A stretch of 64,000 nt of DNA, taken from Rhizophagus irregularis. Taxonomy: Eukaryota. Location of the stretch: the NCBI RefSeq assembly GCF_026210795.1, contig NC_089434.1, positions 4,216,001-4,280,000 of the forward strand, written 5' to 3'. Within the stretch, counting starts at the first letter, position 1. The number at the start of each line of letters is the position of its first letter. A program made the position numbers and the translations under genes. The notes beneath the pieces were generated by a model that saw only the letters and a program-made list of their open reading frames with translations, made no database searches and was not told where the DNA came from. Shown here piece by piece: positions 11,046 through 24,152 of the stretch.

Positions 11046-12729
11046 ATATTACGAATACTTTATATTATTTAGGGATAATATTATTGATTATTTCATTTTA
11101 ATGTAATTTTGATTAAGTTTATTCACTAGTGTAAGTCAATACAGTCAGATAACTCAAATTAATAATCATGAAAATAGTTTTTTCAAAGAATATTTAATAC
11201 ACTTGATATCTGATATTAAATTTATAAACAGGACAATATTATTGACAAAATTAATGTTTGTTTATTCTAACTCTCATCTTATTCATTATTCCCTTTCCTA
11301 TTAGACTATTTAAAATATATATATTGATATATGCAAAATAATGATAATAACTGTGCATAACAGATAAACTTACTTATTATGAGACACGCGGTGGTATGGT
11401 ACGCTACTATATTTTGAAAATTTTATCAGCTGTACCTATAAGTTATATGTATAACAAGTTTTGTACGGTATGGATAATTATATGAAGAATTCAATTAATT
11501 TACAACTTTTATTATCAATAACGAGCACGTATGAAATGTGTGCCAATTTAGATTGTCATCAGCATGATCATGATATAGGTACACGCTATATGAAATAATG
11601 GATGTGAAATGTGAAAGTGTGAAAAATAGTACAGATTTTACCCGTATAAGTTAACCTGGTACACTTTCTTGACCTGTCAATAAAAAATGATAAAAAATAA
11701 AAAAAAAGCTCAAAAAATTATTTAAGAAACTTGTTCTATTAATTTAGACATCAATCAAACAATAATAAATAAATAAAAATTTTATAGAAATTTCAAAAAG
11801 AAAAGTAACGTCAATTTCTTATTTGCTTAATTGGGCTGATTCTTAAAAAAAGGAATAGATTTATTATGCAAAAAAAATTAAAAAAAATTAAAAATTTTCC
11901 TAGTTGTCGATTTACAGTATATAGTTACTCAATTTATATTGAATTTCAAAATATTTAATTCGTGATCTGGAATCTTAAAACATTATTTATTAAATATGTT
12001 AGTGTTTGAATGGTTTACACAAAGCATAACTAAGTTGTACAACTTTTTTTCATGGGTTGATTGAGCTTACACTTTCTTTTAATTATGAAAATTAATTAAT
12101 TATAACTTAACACTGATGTGACTTCCTAATGTTAGTTCTGTACTATAAATATTAAGCGATATTTTTTTTTTAAAAAAAAATTGTATTATAAAGCAAAAAT
12201 GAAAACTAAAACTTGATGGCTTTTTTTTAAAAAAAAATTCCATTAAAATAATTGATCTGGTACCGCCACAACTAGTACCACGCACAGCCTTACATGCTAA
12301 AGTGCTAAAGTCTGTTAGATGAATTACCATTAAGAAAATATGTGAAAATTTTCAAGCAGCATAAATTAACATTAAGCAGTATTAAGAAAAATTCTTACAA
12401 ATTTTTCTTAATAAATATTGCGATAAGAAGCCACGTTAGGTTTCGAGCAAAAACTAGTTTCACGAACAAAACATAACCAAAATGTTTCAATTCTTGAAAA
12501 ATACATAATGACTAGATAATAACAACTATTACAAAAATAAAGTAATAAATAGCAACTATTGAATAACAACAACATTGTACCAAGCCTTAAAAATCATACA
12601 CAAACTTTAAACATTAAGTTGGAAAGAAATATTTCTAAATATTCTCATAATGCTGTAAATGAAACAGCAGCGTGACATGTAATTATCTAAAAATTTGTAT
12701 CATATGAATAGAAAATAATGCTTAAGGTA

Positions 12730-12898
12730 CAGTCAGCCCTCAATCTTTCGATTTCACTTTTATAAGATTAACGTTAAAGAGAAGAATTTAAAGAATTTAA
12801 TTGGCTGATTCATTATAACAAGAGATATTTTTTTGATGTAAATGTCGTGTATATTGGGAAAATTAAAATTTCGTTATAAAGCGAGTTCGGGCTGACTG
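12730..12898. mobile_element. 169-bp Tc1/mariner(pogo)-type MITE
   Basis: TIR cagtcagccc / gggctgactg, with TA on both sides. Confidence 0.75.
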
Positions 12899-12964
12899 TA
12901 TGACCTTCTCATAACACATCTTTGGTTGAACAAAAAAAACGTTATTTGTTATTTATATTAAAAT

Positions 12965-13770
12965 AAAGAGCAACTGAAGACGCATTTGCATTATGATTAT
13001 AAAGTCATAAAGGTGAGATGTCACATATATATATGAATTAAAATGTTAAATTAATTCGAAATTGTCTATATTTCTTTTAGTTTACAGTAGTCATTAAAAT
13101 CACTATTAATTGTCTAATGAACATCTACCACAAGTAGGCCCAAAATTCGTTTAATAATCCCGAATTGGTCAGTGTTATTTATTCAAAAGCTACCTATTGA
13201 TGATATTAAAGAAATTCCTGATATAGTTAGAAATGGGTTCACGTTTTCTGATGGGGTAGGGAATATCTCTTTTTCATTAGCAAAGATGATTGCTTATGAA
13301 TGGGATTATAAACTATTCCAAGTGCATTTCAATTTAGAATGGCTGGGTATAAGGGTATTTTATGTCAGCAACTAATGTGAAAGATAATCAAGTTCAAGTT
13401 CGCCCTAGTCAACATAAATTTGAATCACATCATAATGTATTGGAAGTTAACAGAGGTTCTACGTTCATCTCAGCATATCTCAATCGTCAGGCGATTACAT
13501 TATTGTCCGCATTAGGAATTCCTGGTGAAGTATTTATTGAATTATAAGATTTACGAGTTAGGGAATTGGATAAAATGCTTGATGGTGAACATACGGCGTT
13601 GGACAAAGGAATGTTGATGAATATGGAATTTCAATCTCATTTACTGATCTTGCCAAAGCGGGATTTTTATCGTTATTTTGATGAATTTGATTTCATTATT
13701 TCGTATCATGATGTTAAGAGACATCAAGAAAAAGGCAAAAATTCACGTTGATAAAGGGGCATCTTGTTCT
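12965..13770 (+). pseudogene. RDRP: Eukaryotic RNAi-type RNA-dependent RNA polymerase pseudogene fragment
   Basis: Motifs in order across frameshifts: RIGQC, EIPDIVRNGFTFSDGVGNIS, IPSAFQFRMAGYKGIL, QVRPSQHKFES, AYLNRQAITLLSALGIP, LRDIKKKAKIHVDKGA. It stops before the catalytic DxDGD. Probable intron at 13013-13080; the 5' boundary is uncertain. Confidence 0.9.
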
Positions 13771-14021
13771 CCCAAAATGTTAATTTATAATTTAAAAAGA
13801 AGCTTATTGCCATTTTGTGATATTATAATCATTTTGATTATCTACAATTTTTTTTTTTGTGATGATCAGATAATGTTGTTTTTATCTTCATAAATTGCTA
13901 TATTTTAATAGTCTAATACTTTTTTTTCTCTGCATAAAAAATTAATGTAACTGTAGTACAAATTCGTGCATTTTTATACTCTAACCGACCCGTTTGGTTT
14001 AACTTTTATTTATGTGTTATA

Positions 14022-14410
14022 CAGTCGACTCTGGTTATAACGAACCTGTTTGTACCGAAACCTCGTTATACCGAATCATAATTTCCAGAACCGATTTTTT
14101 TATAAATATTTTCACTGGATATAACGAACTTTTATAATAAAACTCTATTATATAATGCATCCAAACTGAACTTAACCAGCCCCTATATGCTATATAATAA
14201 CTTTATACTTTCTATAACGAACGGTCATGTGACTATAGTAGTCCAGGCAAAATTTTATAGTGCTGGCCAGAATTGCTAGTAATTTTTTCGAAAATTTATG
14301 TTAAACGAAATTATAATTTTGGCCAGCATTACAAATTTGGCCTAAATTACCTATAAAGAAAACTAGTTCGGTATATTATATAACGAATTCACTATATACC
14401 AAACTATCAT
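14022..14410 (+). mobile_element. One end of a pogo/Tigger-like DNA transposon
   Basis: ta|cagtcgactctggttataacgaacc terminus with repeated tataacgaa/tataccgaa motifs. The partner TIR was not found. Confidence 0.5.
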
Positions 14411-14799
14411 AAATTCAGCTAATTAATATGGAAAAACAAGCCAAAGTGGTAGAAATTATAGATTCATATTTATTAATCTGAAGTGTAATGAAGGACTACA
14501 TATTTATATGCAAGTTGATATGCAATGTCCGGATATTCATCCAGCAAAAATGTCATTCTTGATATATATTAAAAATAAATATATGTTTATCTATGAAGTC
14601 TGAAGTGCAATTTAAAGTTTTTTAGTTATTAATAATTATAGTAATATTGAAATTTTTATAATTAAAATTGTACCTAATAATTTTTTGATCATTAAAAGTA
14701 CTATGTTACGATTTCTATCTACAAATCAGAAGATACAGATAAAAGTAGTTTATATGGAAGATTTAGAAAAAAAGAAATCAAGTATATGGAATATGTGGA

Positions 14800-14984
14800 C
14801 CCTGTAAAAAAAGTCAATCCGTTTTTATATTCCATCTTTTTTCCGTAAAAGGCTCATATTTCCGGAATTAATAACCTTATATCGATGAATTTATCGTATT
14901 ATTTACATTTTCTGTGAATGGATCCGTGAAAGGCTCATTTTTACGGAGTTTTTACAGAAATAACGGATAAAATTTTTTATAGGG
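14800..14984 (+). mobile_element. 185-bp CCCT-terminus MITE (family B), 3-bp TSD
   Basis: ccctgtaaaaaaag ... ttttttataggg, flanked by gga/gga. It splits the codons tgt gga|gaa tgt of the kinase pseudogene. Confidence 0.9.
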
Positions 14985-15202
14985 GGAGAATGTAATGAAC
15001 CTGGTACAGGATAAGAATGGTATCAACTTGTAATGCTAGAAGATTTAAGAATAACTTTAAAAATTGAATGAATTTATACAACAATCACAACTTAATCTTA
15101 TATATAATAAAAAGTGTTTTGAATGGATGCACTTATATTAGGTGGATTTGGTAAAATATCTTATTGATCATTGGATATTGAAGATCAAAAATGGTATAGA
15201 TG

Positions 15203-15843
15203 TAGAGGTTGGAATCGATTAACTCAAAAAATTGATTAACCAATAACCAATTAATTTAACCGATTAACTTGATTAAATTAGTCAATTAGTTTAATCGATT
15301 AAAAATGTAGATTAGCATGATAAATAAACAAACCCACCCTTAGTCCAAAAAGTTTTTCAAGAAATTCTTTTTATTAAAAGAAATTCAAATTATATTACTT
15401 TATTACTTGTTGCTAATAAAGTAATATTCTAATTACATAATTGAAACGTTCTCTAATAGTAAACTAATAATTTTTATTAAAAAAAGTATTATATAATATT
15501 TTTTATTAAGTATTATAATAGATTTCCATATTTTGGTTTATTTATTTATTTTTTAAACACTATTTATAAATTCTGTAATTAAGTATTTATATAAATAAAT
15601 ATTTGGAACACTGATTATGACGCAATAAATGTCAAAAAATACGGCGTGGATTAAAATTGATAGATAAATAAAATACATAAACCAATTAAACGCAAATTTT
15701 ATATGTTAATTGAATAATTAATTAATCGATTAAAATTAACTGATTAACTATTAATATTCGATTAATTCGATTATTATTCAATTATAATAACTTGTTAATT
15801 GATTATTAATCATTTAAAGTTTTTTGGTCGATTCCAATCTCTA
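15203..15843. mobile_element. 641-bp hAT-type non-autonomous element
   Basis: TIR tagaggttggaatcga / tcgattccaatctcta (15/16). Perfect 8-bp TSD tatagatg. Subterminal aatcgattaa repeats. Confidence 0.92.
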
Positions 15844-16111
15844 TATAGATGTTGTACTTCTAGTGGTGAATATGTATTGAAAAGCTTAAATAAATTCTTT
15901 TGATATATTAAATGAGGTAATTTAAATCTATTTTGATTTGTATTCAACAATTGGTACTACTTTCATTTATTTACTATTAACAATATTTCTACATTAATAA
16001 TTAAATTAAATCACATCTTCAGATTCATCTTTATGATATTGCATATTATGAAATAGCTCAAGATCCAAATTATATGACGGTTTTAAATTACTTACATAAT
16101 GGAAACTTAAG

Positions 16112-16209
16112 AAATTTTTCAGGAAAATGATCACGTGTCTGAGTTTCTTCGGAATAAAAAATAGAAAAACGATCATTTATCGGAATTTTTCCCTGATTTT
16201 TTTATAGGG
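16112..16209 (-). mobile_element. Family A MITE, inverted, one terminus eroded
   Basis: aaaatgatcacgtgtctgagtttcttcggaataaaa is the reverse complement of the 3116 core. It ends in tttttataggg. Confidence 0.75.
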
Positions 16210-16765
16210 TTAGAAATTCCGCTTTTATTTAAACAAAGAACTTAAATTCTTTATATTTATTAAATTTATTGCTTGTTTATACGATGGTAAAACCATATAT
16301 CTTGTATTTATTATTCTATGTATGTTTAAATGTATTGCTAGTCGAATATGGTTTATTGCGCAAAGATTATATCAATAATTGTGTGTAATAAACATTTTAT
16401 GGTATTTGACTAGATTTAATCTAGAAAAGTTTAATTAATGATAAACCGTTGCATAATTCTTTATAATGTCTGAAAAGATAAGGTGCCATGCAGCAGAATT
16501 ATGAAGAAAGCATCTTTTTTTAACATTTAAAAACTTTAAAATGATTCATTTATGGTTTAACTTTAACAATTAAATTAAAAGAAAATAGTCACCTTAAATT
16601 AAACATAATTTTTAATATAACGCCAATAATGTGAAACGTAAAAACAAATATGATAAGGAAATTTAATTAATAATTTCTAGCTCATTATTTTGGTACACAA
16701 TTTTTCTATAACATGATTGGTTTTACATGTATTTTTAGAATATACATTACATACAGCAGTGACTA

Positions 16766-17000
16766 CAGTAGAACCCCGAACAATATATAAATAGGTCATA
16801 GGAAATTGGCAAAAATTTACCATTAGCTCTACGCATTTTTTCAGGGCCGGAATTATGATAATGTTATTACTAAATAAGTATTATATTTCTTACCAACGTT
16901 ATCAAAATTTATCTAAAAAAGGAAAGATTTTCATGATTATTTAGCCTATTCTACGCGTTATTTCTTGTTACCTATTTCAGTATTGCTCGGGGTCCTACTG
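16766..17000. mobile_element. 235-bp Tc1/mariner(pogo)-type MITE
   Basis: TIR cagtagaaccccgaacaata / tattgctcggggtcctactg (18/20). TA on the left and CA (probably a mutated TA) on the right. Confidence 0.8.
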
Positions 17001-17679
17001 CAGTCAAATGGTTTGGATGGGGTCACCAAAAAAGTGTTATATATATTGATTTATTATCCCAAAAATTGGAAGGCACTTACAGAAGCTAATATAATAGAAC
17101 CGGTAATTATATGATGCTAAGAACTTCCAGCAAATAGTATTATTTATTATAGTTTGTAAAGTAATATTATATGCAACAACTCTTTTAGATAATGCATCTC
17201 TCTGTAAAGTAGAATTAATAATTATTTTATACATTTATTTTATTTATTTTTGAAATATTTTTTTTTAAAAAAAATAAAATATCATAATCATATCAGTTTG
17301 TTGTGAAATTACAAATTATTCATAATCTTGTATCTTTTGTATGCCTCACTTAAATAGGAAATAAAGAAATTAATTATTACATACTGTATTTGAATCACAT
17401 ACTATTCATTCAAATATTCCAGCAAATTTTAATATTAATATTATTCTATAATGTGATTAGAAGCAATAATGAATTTGATAAAAAATAAATGCCTGCCCAG
17501 ATTTATACTAATATAATGTTGCAACACTTGCAACACCTATATTGTAAACTTAATTTATGGTTCATTATAGTTGAATTAGATTGAGACTTGGGTTGGAACT
17601 TAAGTTGCAATCTAAATATCATAATTATTACTTATAGTTCAATAACTTTGAAGCTTAAACTTGTACAGTATAGTGTAAA

Positions 17680-17765
17680 CTTATGAAAAATTTCTCTGAT
17701 AAATGATCATTTTTTTATTCCGAAGAAACTCAGGCACGTGATCATTTTCTGAAATTTTTATAGAG
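17680..17765 (+). mobile_element. Family A MITE, degenerate copy
   Basis: Core ttattccgaagaaactcaggcacgtgatcatttt, ending in tttttatagag. Confidence 0.75.
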
Positions 17766-17794
17766 AAAGTCACATGAGTTGTGACAAATAATGT

Positions 17795-18095
17795 TTTATA
17801 TGAAAATTATTGTTTAACAAAAAAATTTGTTGTTTTTTTTCTAAGCCCAATAGTAAGGCACAAGGATAATCAAAATCTTATATTACACTTAATAATTACA
17901 TGATTATAGTATTATAATTTGATTGGTTGTAGTTAAATCTAACAAGGTGAAGTTTATAATAAACTGAATATTATGTCATAAGTTGTCATATGTGTAAGCT
18001 TCCTAAGCCCCAACTAAATAAGCCCAACTAAGCTCAATTAAAACAATTAAGGTAAACTAAGCCAACTGAAACCAAGCCAAACTAAGCCTTTTATT
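17795..18095 (+). repeat. taagcc-rich repeat, inverted homologue of 34430-35175
   Basis: tgaaaattattgtttaacaaaa..ttttctaagcccaatagtaa matches the reverse complement of 35113-35168. Confidence 0.7.
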
Positions 18096-18805
18096 GAAAA
18101 ACAAGTAAACAAAAAATTAAATAAAAGAACTAATTCATCAATATTCTTTTAATACTTTTAGAAAAAAATTTCCATTACTTATGATGGTTAAAATACTTGG
18201 TTAGAGACTCCTGTATTAATAGACACAATGGATGATACTTTCTTAAAATTGTAACCACTATAGCCATTTCATTTATTGTCATTGTAGATGGTACAAAAGA
18301 TGTAACAGTTTTAAATGAAGATACTATTATATTTAAAATCTACATTATACATAATACACATTTAATTATTGTAGTTTAAATACATATGTACAGAGTTCCT
18401 TATTCTTATAACTCTAATACTAGCTATTAAACAAAAGTTACTTTAGTTTAAAAGTTAAAAATAAATAGAGAAAACAAAACTGAATATAAATTAATGGAAT
18501 ATAACTCTTTAATAATCATATTTCAAACAATGCTAGTTGGAAAAAAACTGCACTTCCAAAATTTGTGATAAATGCAAATACTTTCCTTCTGCCAAACCTA
18601 TATCTTAAGAAGATAAAGAGAGTTACTGTTTACCAAATAACCATTTACATCTTAAATGATAATCTATTAGAGTATTCTTTAGGATAATATAAGATATAAT
18701 ATGTTATTCACATTTCTAAACAAGGAAATTATCAAAATTTATGATAACTATTTTACATAAATCCTTAATATAATCATCTCAATTGTTTGGGTTTTTACAG
18801 GAGTA

Positions 18806-18853
18806 CAGTCGGACCTCTGGAATTGATTAGGTGACTATATAGAGGTCTGACTG
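18806..18853. mobile_element. 48-bp minimal pogo-type TIR element
   Basis: cagtcggacctct / agaggtctgactg (12/13), TA on both sides, 22-bp spacer. Confidence 0.7.
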
Positions 18854-18999
18854 TATATGGTTTTACTAAAGCACAAACACCTTAATTTTATAGAATGTAA
18901 AATTTAATTATTCCTCTAATTACATTTTAAATTGTACTTATTTGGAATTCTTCAATCTTAGAACTCACTTTAATTTTAAAGTCAAGATGCAACCAGAAT

Positions 19000-20960
19000 T
19001 TTTTCTGTCAAAAAAAAAAACTGTACATATTAAATATGGTATTAGGAATAAACTTAAGAATTCTTTCTGCCAATCATTAGGACTAAATTTTTTCAAAGAA
19101 GAACTTTTATCTTTTAGAAGAAATATATACCACCATTATGGAAAACAATCGGAATATAATCAAAGTGTGGTTGGTATATAGATTATAGACTTACTGTATA
19201 TAGAAGTAATTGTATTTGAAGCAAAAAAAGTTCTTACATAACAAAGTACCAAAGGAAATTTTCTAACCTAAACAAAATGCTGATGCAAAACAGCATATGG
19301 AAAAATACTTCCTACTACCAAGGACAATAGAGATGTATAATACTCAATACAAGCATTTTGCAGTAGTCATAAAATAAAATACCCTCTATATATATGAACT
19401 TTATATTGAGACTTATATGCAAAGTAATGATGATACTTAAAAAGAACTCTTACTCTATATTGGTAAATAAGCTACTGATATTTCCATAATTCTAATCTTT
19501 TTACAAACAAATCTATTAGATATTAGAGATCTTAATTATAACGATTTCTTATTCAGAAATAATTGGAAAAATACAAGACTATGATAGATCAATTTAATGT
19601 TGTAATCAAGCAATCGGATGATAATTTAATTACAAAATTATTAGATATTTCGCCAAGAAAGCTTGTCAAATTCAGTAATTGTTTGCTCAATATTCTTATC
19701 AATACTTGATAATAAGATATTAAATAATACCCATTCCCTCATTCCTTCTTTTAAATAGAGGTCCTTATTTTAAACTTAATAATGTCAAAAGAAAATCCAT
19801 TTAATTGATACTGCAAGTAATATGGATATTGAATACTGAAATTATGGTACAAACATCATAAATTTATCTGAAACCCGAAATTATGGGACAAACATCATAA
19901 ATTTATCTGTAATACCATGGAGTCATTTACTTAAAAACAAAATAGGCAGTATAAATCATAGAAACAAATTCCATCTATTACAAAAGCCTCTAAATTCAAA
20001 ACCACTATTCTAATAACTGAGAAATTGAAGAAAAAACCTAAGAATAATGGATCCTCATTAACAAAAATCATTGAATATTAACTAACAAAAAATACACCAC
20101 CAATTATAAATTGATAGTCTATAATATACCTGCTAAATAGGATAACACATTACAAAGAAGCTTTTACATCTTGGAAAAAGTCACATTTATGAGCATCAAA
20201 ATACAGAAAAAATGGGAGTGAAAATGTAAACAAAAAGACTGGACTGTGGCTTTTGAGATATACCAGTATGATAGTTTCCTGCAAATTGGAAAATTTCAAA
20301 GAAAGAAAATATTCCATCTGAAAGCCTAACTACAGCAAATTTGCTTGTTATCTTTAAATTAGCCAAATTCTAAAGGAAAAAAAAATTATTGTGTATTTTA
20401 CAACATGGAAAATACTTTGTATAGCATTAACTGAAATATATTACTTTTATATAATTTCCCAAATTTGGTTAAATCTAAAATCAAGAAAATTGAGTCTGAA
20501 TAAAATTCTAGCAAGAAGCAGTCATGACAAGATGACTCAACTCAAAAAGCTAAGTCACTAGAAGATCATATTTGTTACCAGTAGAAAATCAAGTTAAATG
20601 TAAAATAGTTAATAAAGATGAAATTATGAAGGACACCATATTAACTGTTTTATACAGGCATATATTAGCTAATGGGATAATTAAGCTATTAAGGCATTCT
20701 ATACCCAAATGCATTTATCTTTTTTTTATATATGTGTAGAGATATCTCCTTGTTGGAACTTTAGGGTAAGTTAATGCCAGTTTTTCTTCTTTTATTTCTT
20801 TTATTTTTTAGTTATTTCTTATTTTCCTCTTTTAATTGATTATATTTCTTATTATTATTATCTAGTATGATATTCTTTGTCGTACCTATTGTAATCAATT
20901 GTTTATTGGCCTTAAATACCCTTTTCTTGTGTATCCATATATTGTATTAGATAGCAATAT
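19000..20960 (+). mobile_element. Possible highly decayed 3' part of a non-LTR retrotransposon
   Basis: A-rich, CpG-poor, coding-like composition with many stops, followed by a T-rich UTR-like tract. No diagnostic motif could be read securely. Confidence 0.3.
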
Positions 20961-21204
20961 ATATATTATAGAAGGTGGCCTACAGCAGATTTATCAAGTA
21001 GTGGTGATTGGTTATATGCTAAAATTTAAATATGGCATAAAAATACATCAATTGTAAAAAATTAAAAATTGTTTATTTTTATAGGTGCAAATAGCCAATT
21101 TTTTTGTCCATGGTGCACCATTTCAAAAAAAGAAATAGTAAATATTAATGTTAATATCAAAGTAAATGGATAATATAAATACATATAATGGATATACTTT
21201 AGAA

Positions 21205-21850
21205 CTATTATTTTACAATGATTCTATTAGAAATTGGGATACTTGATGAACTTCATATTATATTATATATAACAGATAGACTTTGGAATTTAGTATTACA
21301 ACGAAAATTAAAGTTAAAGAATCTGGCTATTTACTAGAGAAATTATTATTAATAAATGATTTGTAATTCAATTAATATAACGGGACCGTTAACTAAATAA
21401 AAATACTATTACAATTACAATCAATCAATTCTGGTGGAATACTGAATAGAATTATTATTTTACAATGATTCTATTAGAAAATTGGATACTTGGTGAACTT
21501 CATATTATGTTGTATATAAGAGATAGACTTTGGAATTTAGTATTACAACGAAAATTAAAGTTAAAGAATCTGGTTATTTACTAGAGAAATTATTATTAAT
21601 AAATGATTTGTAATTCAATTAATATAACGGGATCATTAACTAAATAAAAATACTATTCAATTACGATCAATCAATTCTGGTGGGATACTGAATAGAATTA
21701 TTATTTTACAATGATTCTATTAGAAAATTGGATATTTGATGAACTTCGTATTATGTTGTATATAACAGATAGACTTTGGAATTTAGTATTACAAAATTAA
21801 ACTTAAAGAATCTGGTTATTTACCAGAGAAATTATTATTAATAAATGAAT
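21205..21850. repeat. Tandem repeat, ~247-bp unit, about 2.6 copies
   Basis: tacaatgattctattagaaa at 21214, 21461 and 21707. Confidence 0.95.
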
Positions 21851-24152
21851 AGGAGATCAGTTGGCATATCATGAACTTGGAGATCTTTAATATTAATTCA
21901 TTCTTTTATAATTGAAAATATTGGTGGGTTTGTTGAAAATGATTATAATGAAGAATTTCTCATCTTTATTGTAAAATCCACGAAAATTGTCTCTTGATTA
22001 AAAATTTATCGATACAATGATATTGGTAATTTTTGAAATTTTGACATACGAATATTGAAAAAAAAATTTTTTTAAGATTTTGATATACATAAAAAAACTC
22101 AATTTTTTTCGTTATTTGGTATTTTGATATAGTACATATATTGAGGTAAAAATTTTTTTAAACATTTTTTTTTTCAAAATCGGAATCTAAAACATGTAAA
22201 TAATAAAAAAAAATTGATTTTGGTATACTGATATTGGGAAAAAGAAATCTCAAATAATCTTTTTTCTGATGTTATCACAGGCTCATTTGGCTATAAATAA
22301 ATAAATTTGGATGAGACATGTTTTGATTTTTTTTGTTAAAAAATTATTTTATATAATGTCAGCTAAAACCAGATTTGGAACTAAGATTTAATTAAAATTA
22401 TAGTAATCAGCTACTTTATATTCATTACTTTCGAACTACGTAACTGAACTTCATACAATATAGGCTAATTAGAAAATTTTATACACAAAAATATATAAAT
22501 TTTACATCTTAATAAATAAATAAACAGTTAAACATCTAATAGTGCTATTCATTTGTCTTGTTTTAATGTTTGCAATAAAATAAAAAGACAATTTTTTATA
22601 TACGAAGCAATATGATAGTATATGATTTTGGATCATGGAATTTACTAACCAAAAGATCTAAATTTGTAAAAAAAATTGAAGATTAAAATGGGTTTGATTT
22701 CCAAAGCAGGTAATTCCCTAAAAAGACCTGTTACCTGCTGCACCTGCTGGTCCTGCAGTTAAAAATAAGCCGCACCTGCTGCATTCTGGAGCCTCAGGCA
22801 TCTAAAACAGACGTGATCTGCTGCAACACTTTTGTCAAGTACGGCTTGCCATAAATTAGATGAATCTTCAAAACAGATTCATTTTCTAAAAATAAATGAA
22901 CAAGTTGTTAATAATATTTAAAAAATTCCATCTTCTATTTACTACCAGTCTAACATTACAGAAAGACTACATTCCTAAAAGTAATGTTTTATTAACATCC
23001 CTACTATACATTACCTTTAAAAGATATTATCAAGTTTCTAGGAAAAGCCTACTAAGCTTGCCGCAATTCTGGAAGAAACCTAGAAAAAAAGCAAGTAAAT
23101 TTAATAAAATTAAAAATAAAATAGATTAAAAAACTCACTTTTTACATTTCTAAAAGTCCGCCTACCTGTTCTGAAAAAACAACTACCAAAACATAATGTT
23201 TGATGGTTTTGTTATTTTATCCTTTTTAAAAGAATATGTTAACTTAAGCTGCAGTGATAGGATGAACAATACCGTATAGATACGTTAAAAGACCAATAAC
23301 AAGTCCTGGTAACGTACTCAAATACACTATACTTTAAATTGCCATATAATCTTGCAAAGAAACCTTTATTATGGTATTAATTCTTAGAAAATTTTAAAGA
23401 ACTTTTCATTTCCATAAATATCCTTTACAAAAAATTTCAATGAAACATACCTAATAAATTAACAAATCAATCAATCATCATCATCACTTTAGCAGCTTCC
23501 TCGAATAGTAATAAGTTATTCCTTACCACGAACCCATCTAATACTTTTCAAATATAAACTAGAAAAAGAGAAAGGAAAAATGTAATATAATTAGAATCAT
23601 TTTTAAATATTAAAAATCAATTTATTACTATCAATTATCCGATTTACCTTTTACAAATGTTAGATTGACATTTTGACTAAGAATTTTTGCAAAAAATTTA
23701 TTTATTAAAAATTTTTTTATGATTGTGCCCAATTTTTATTAATGACTTTTCATATGTTTGCTATAAGAAAGGATAACTTAGCTTTTCAAACAACAATAAA
23801 GTAGCTATACTAAAAATATTACGGCATTTACTTACAAAAATTCTTAGTTAACCAGACCTAAAAGTGATGGAGAAGTTGTTAGAGCGTAACAATATTTATA
23901 ATCAAGTGATTAAACGTCATATGATTATTGTAATACAATGTAAAATTGGATTTGTAAAACGTTAGATTGGCAGTCCTTGTTATCTATAAATGGAATAGTA
24001 CATTACCCGATCATCATATATGATCATATATGTCAAGACTAGGGAATAAACTACTCTAAATTTATCCTAATTAAATAATTTAAATATTTTTTTTTTTTAA
24101 AAAAAACTTTTCTTCAAAAAATATTCCCCCTTTTTCTTTCTTTGTTTGCAAT

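Larger units (their letters stand above)
14735..16118 (+). pseudogene. Tyrosine-kinase-like pseudogene disrupted by MITEs
   Basis: MEDLEK..VYGICG|ECNEPGTG*EW..CNARRFKNNFKN*, GGFGKI, WDIEDQKWYR|C, VLKSLN, AQDPNYMTVLNYLHNGNLRNF. Removing the MITEs rejoins CGEC and WYRC. Confidence 0.82.

Noticed and set aside
13160..13770. Endogenous viral (mitovirus-type) RdRP
   Set aside because: The motifs are those of cellular RNAi RdRPs, no viral GDD palm motifs were seen, and a probable spliceosomal intron lies just upstream.
21080..22000. Possible decayed gene underlying the 247-bp repeat
   Set aside because: Coding-like phrases (e.g. DQLAYHELGD) are present, but no family could be recognised and all frames are broken.
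22690..23680. GC-richer cctgc-repeat stretch and small exon-like pieces
   Set aside because: No assignable motif, paired TIR or sustained ORF.
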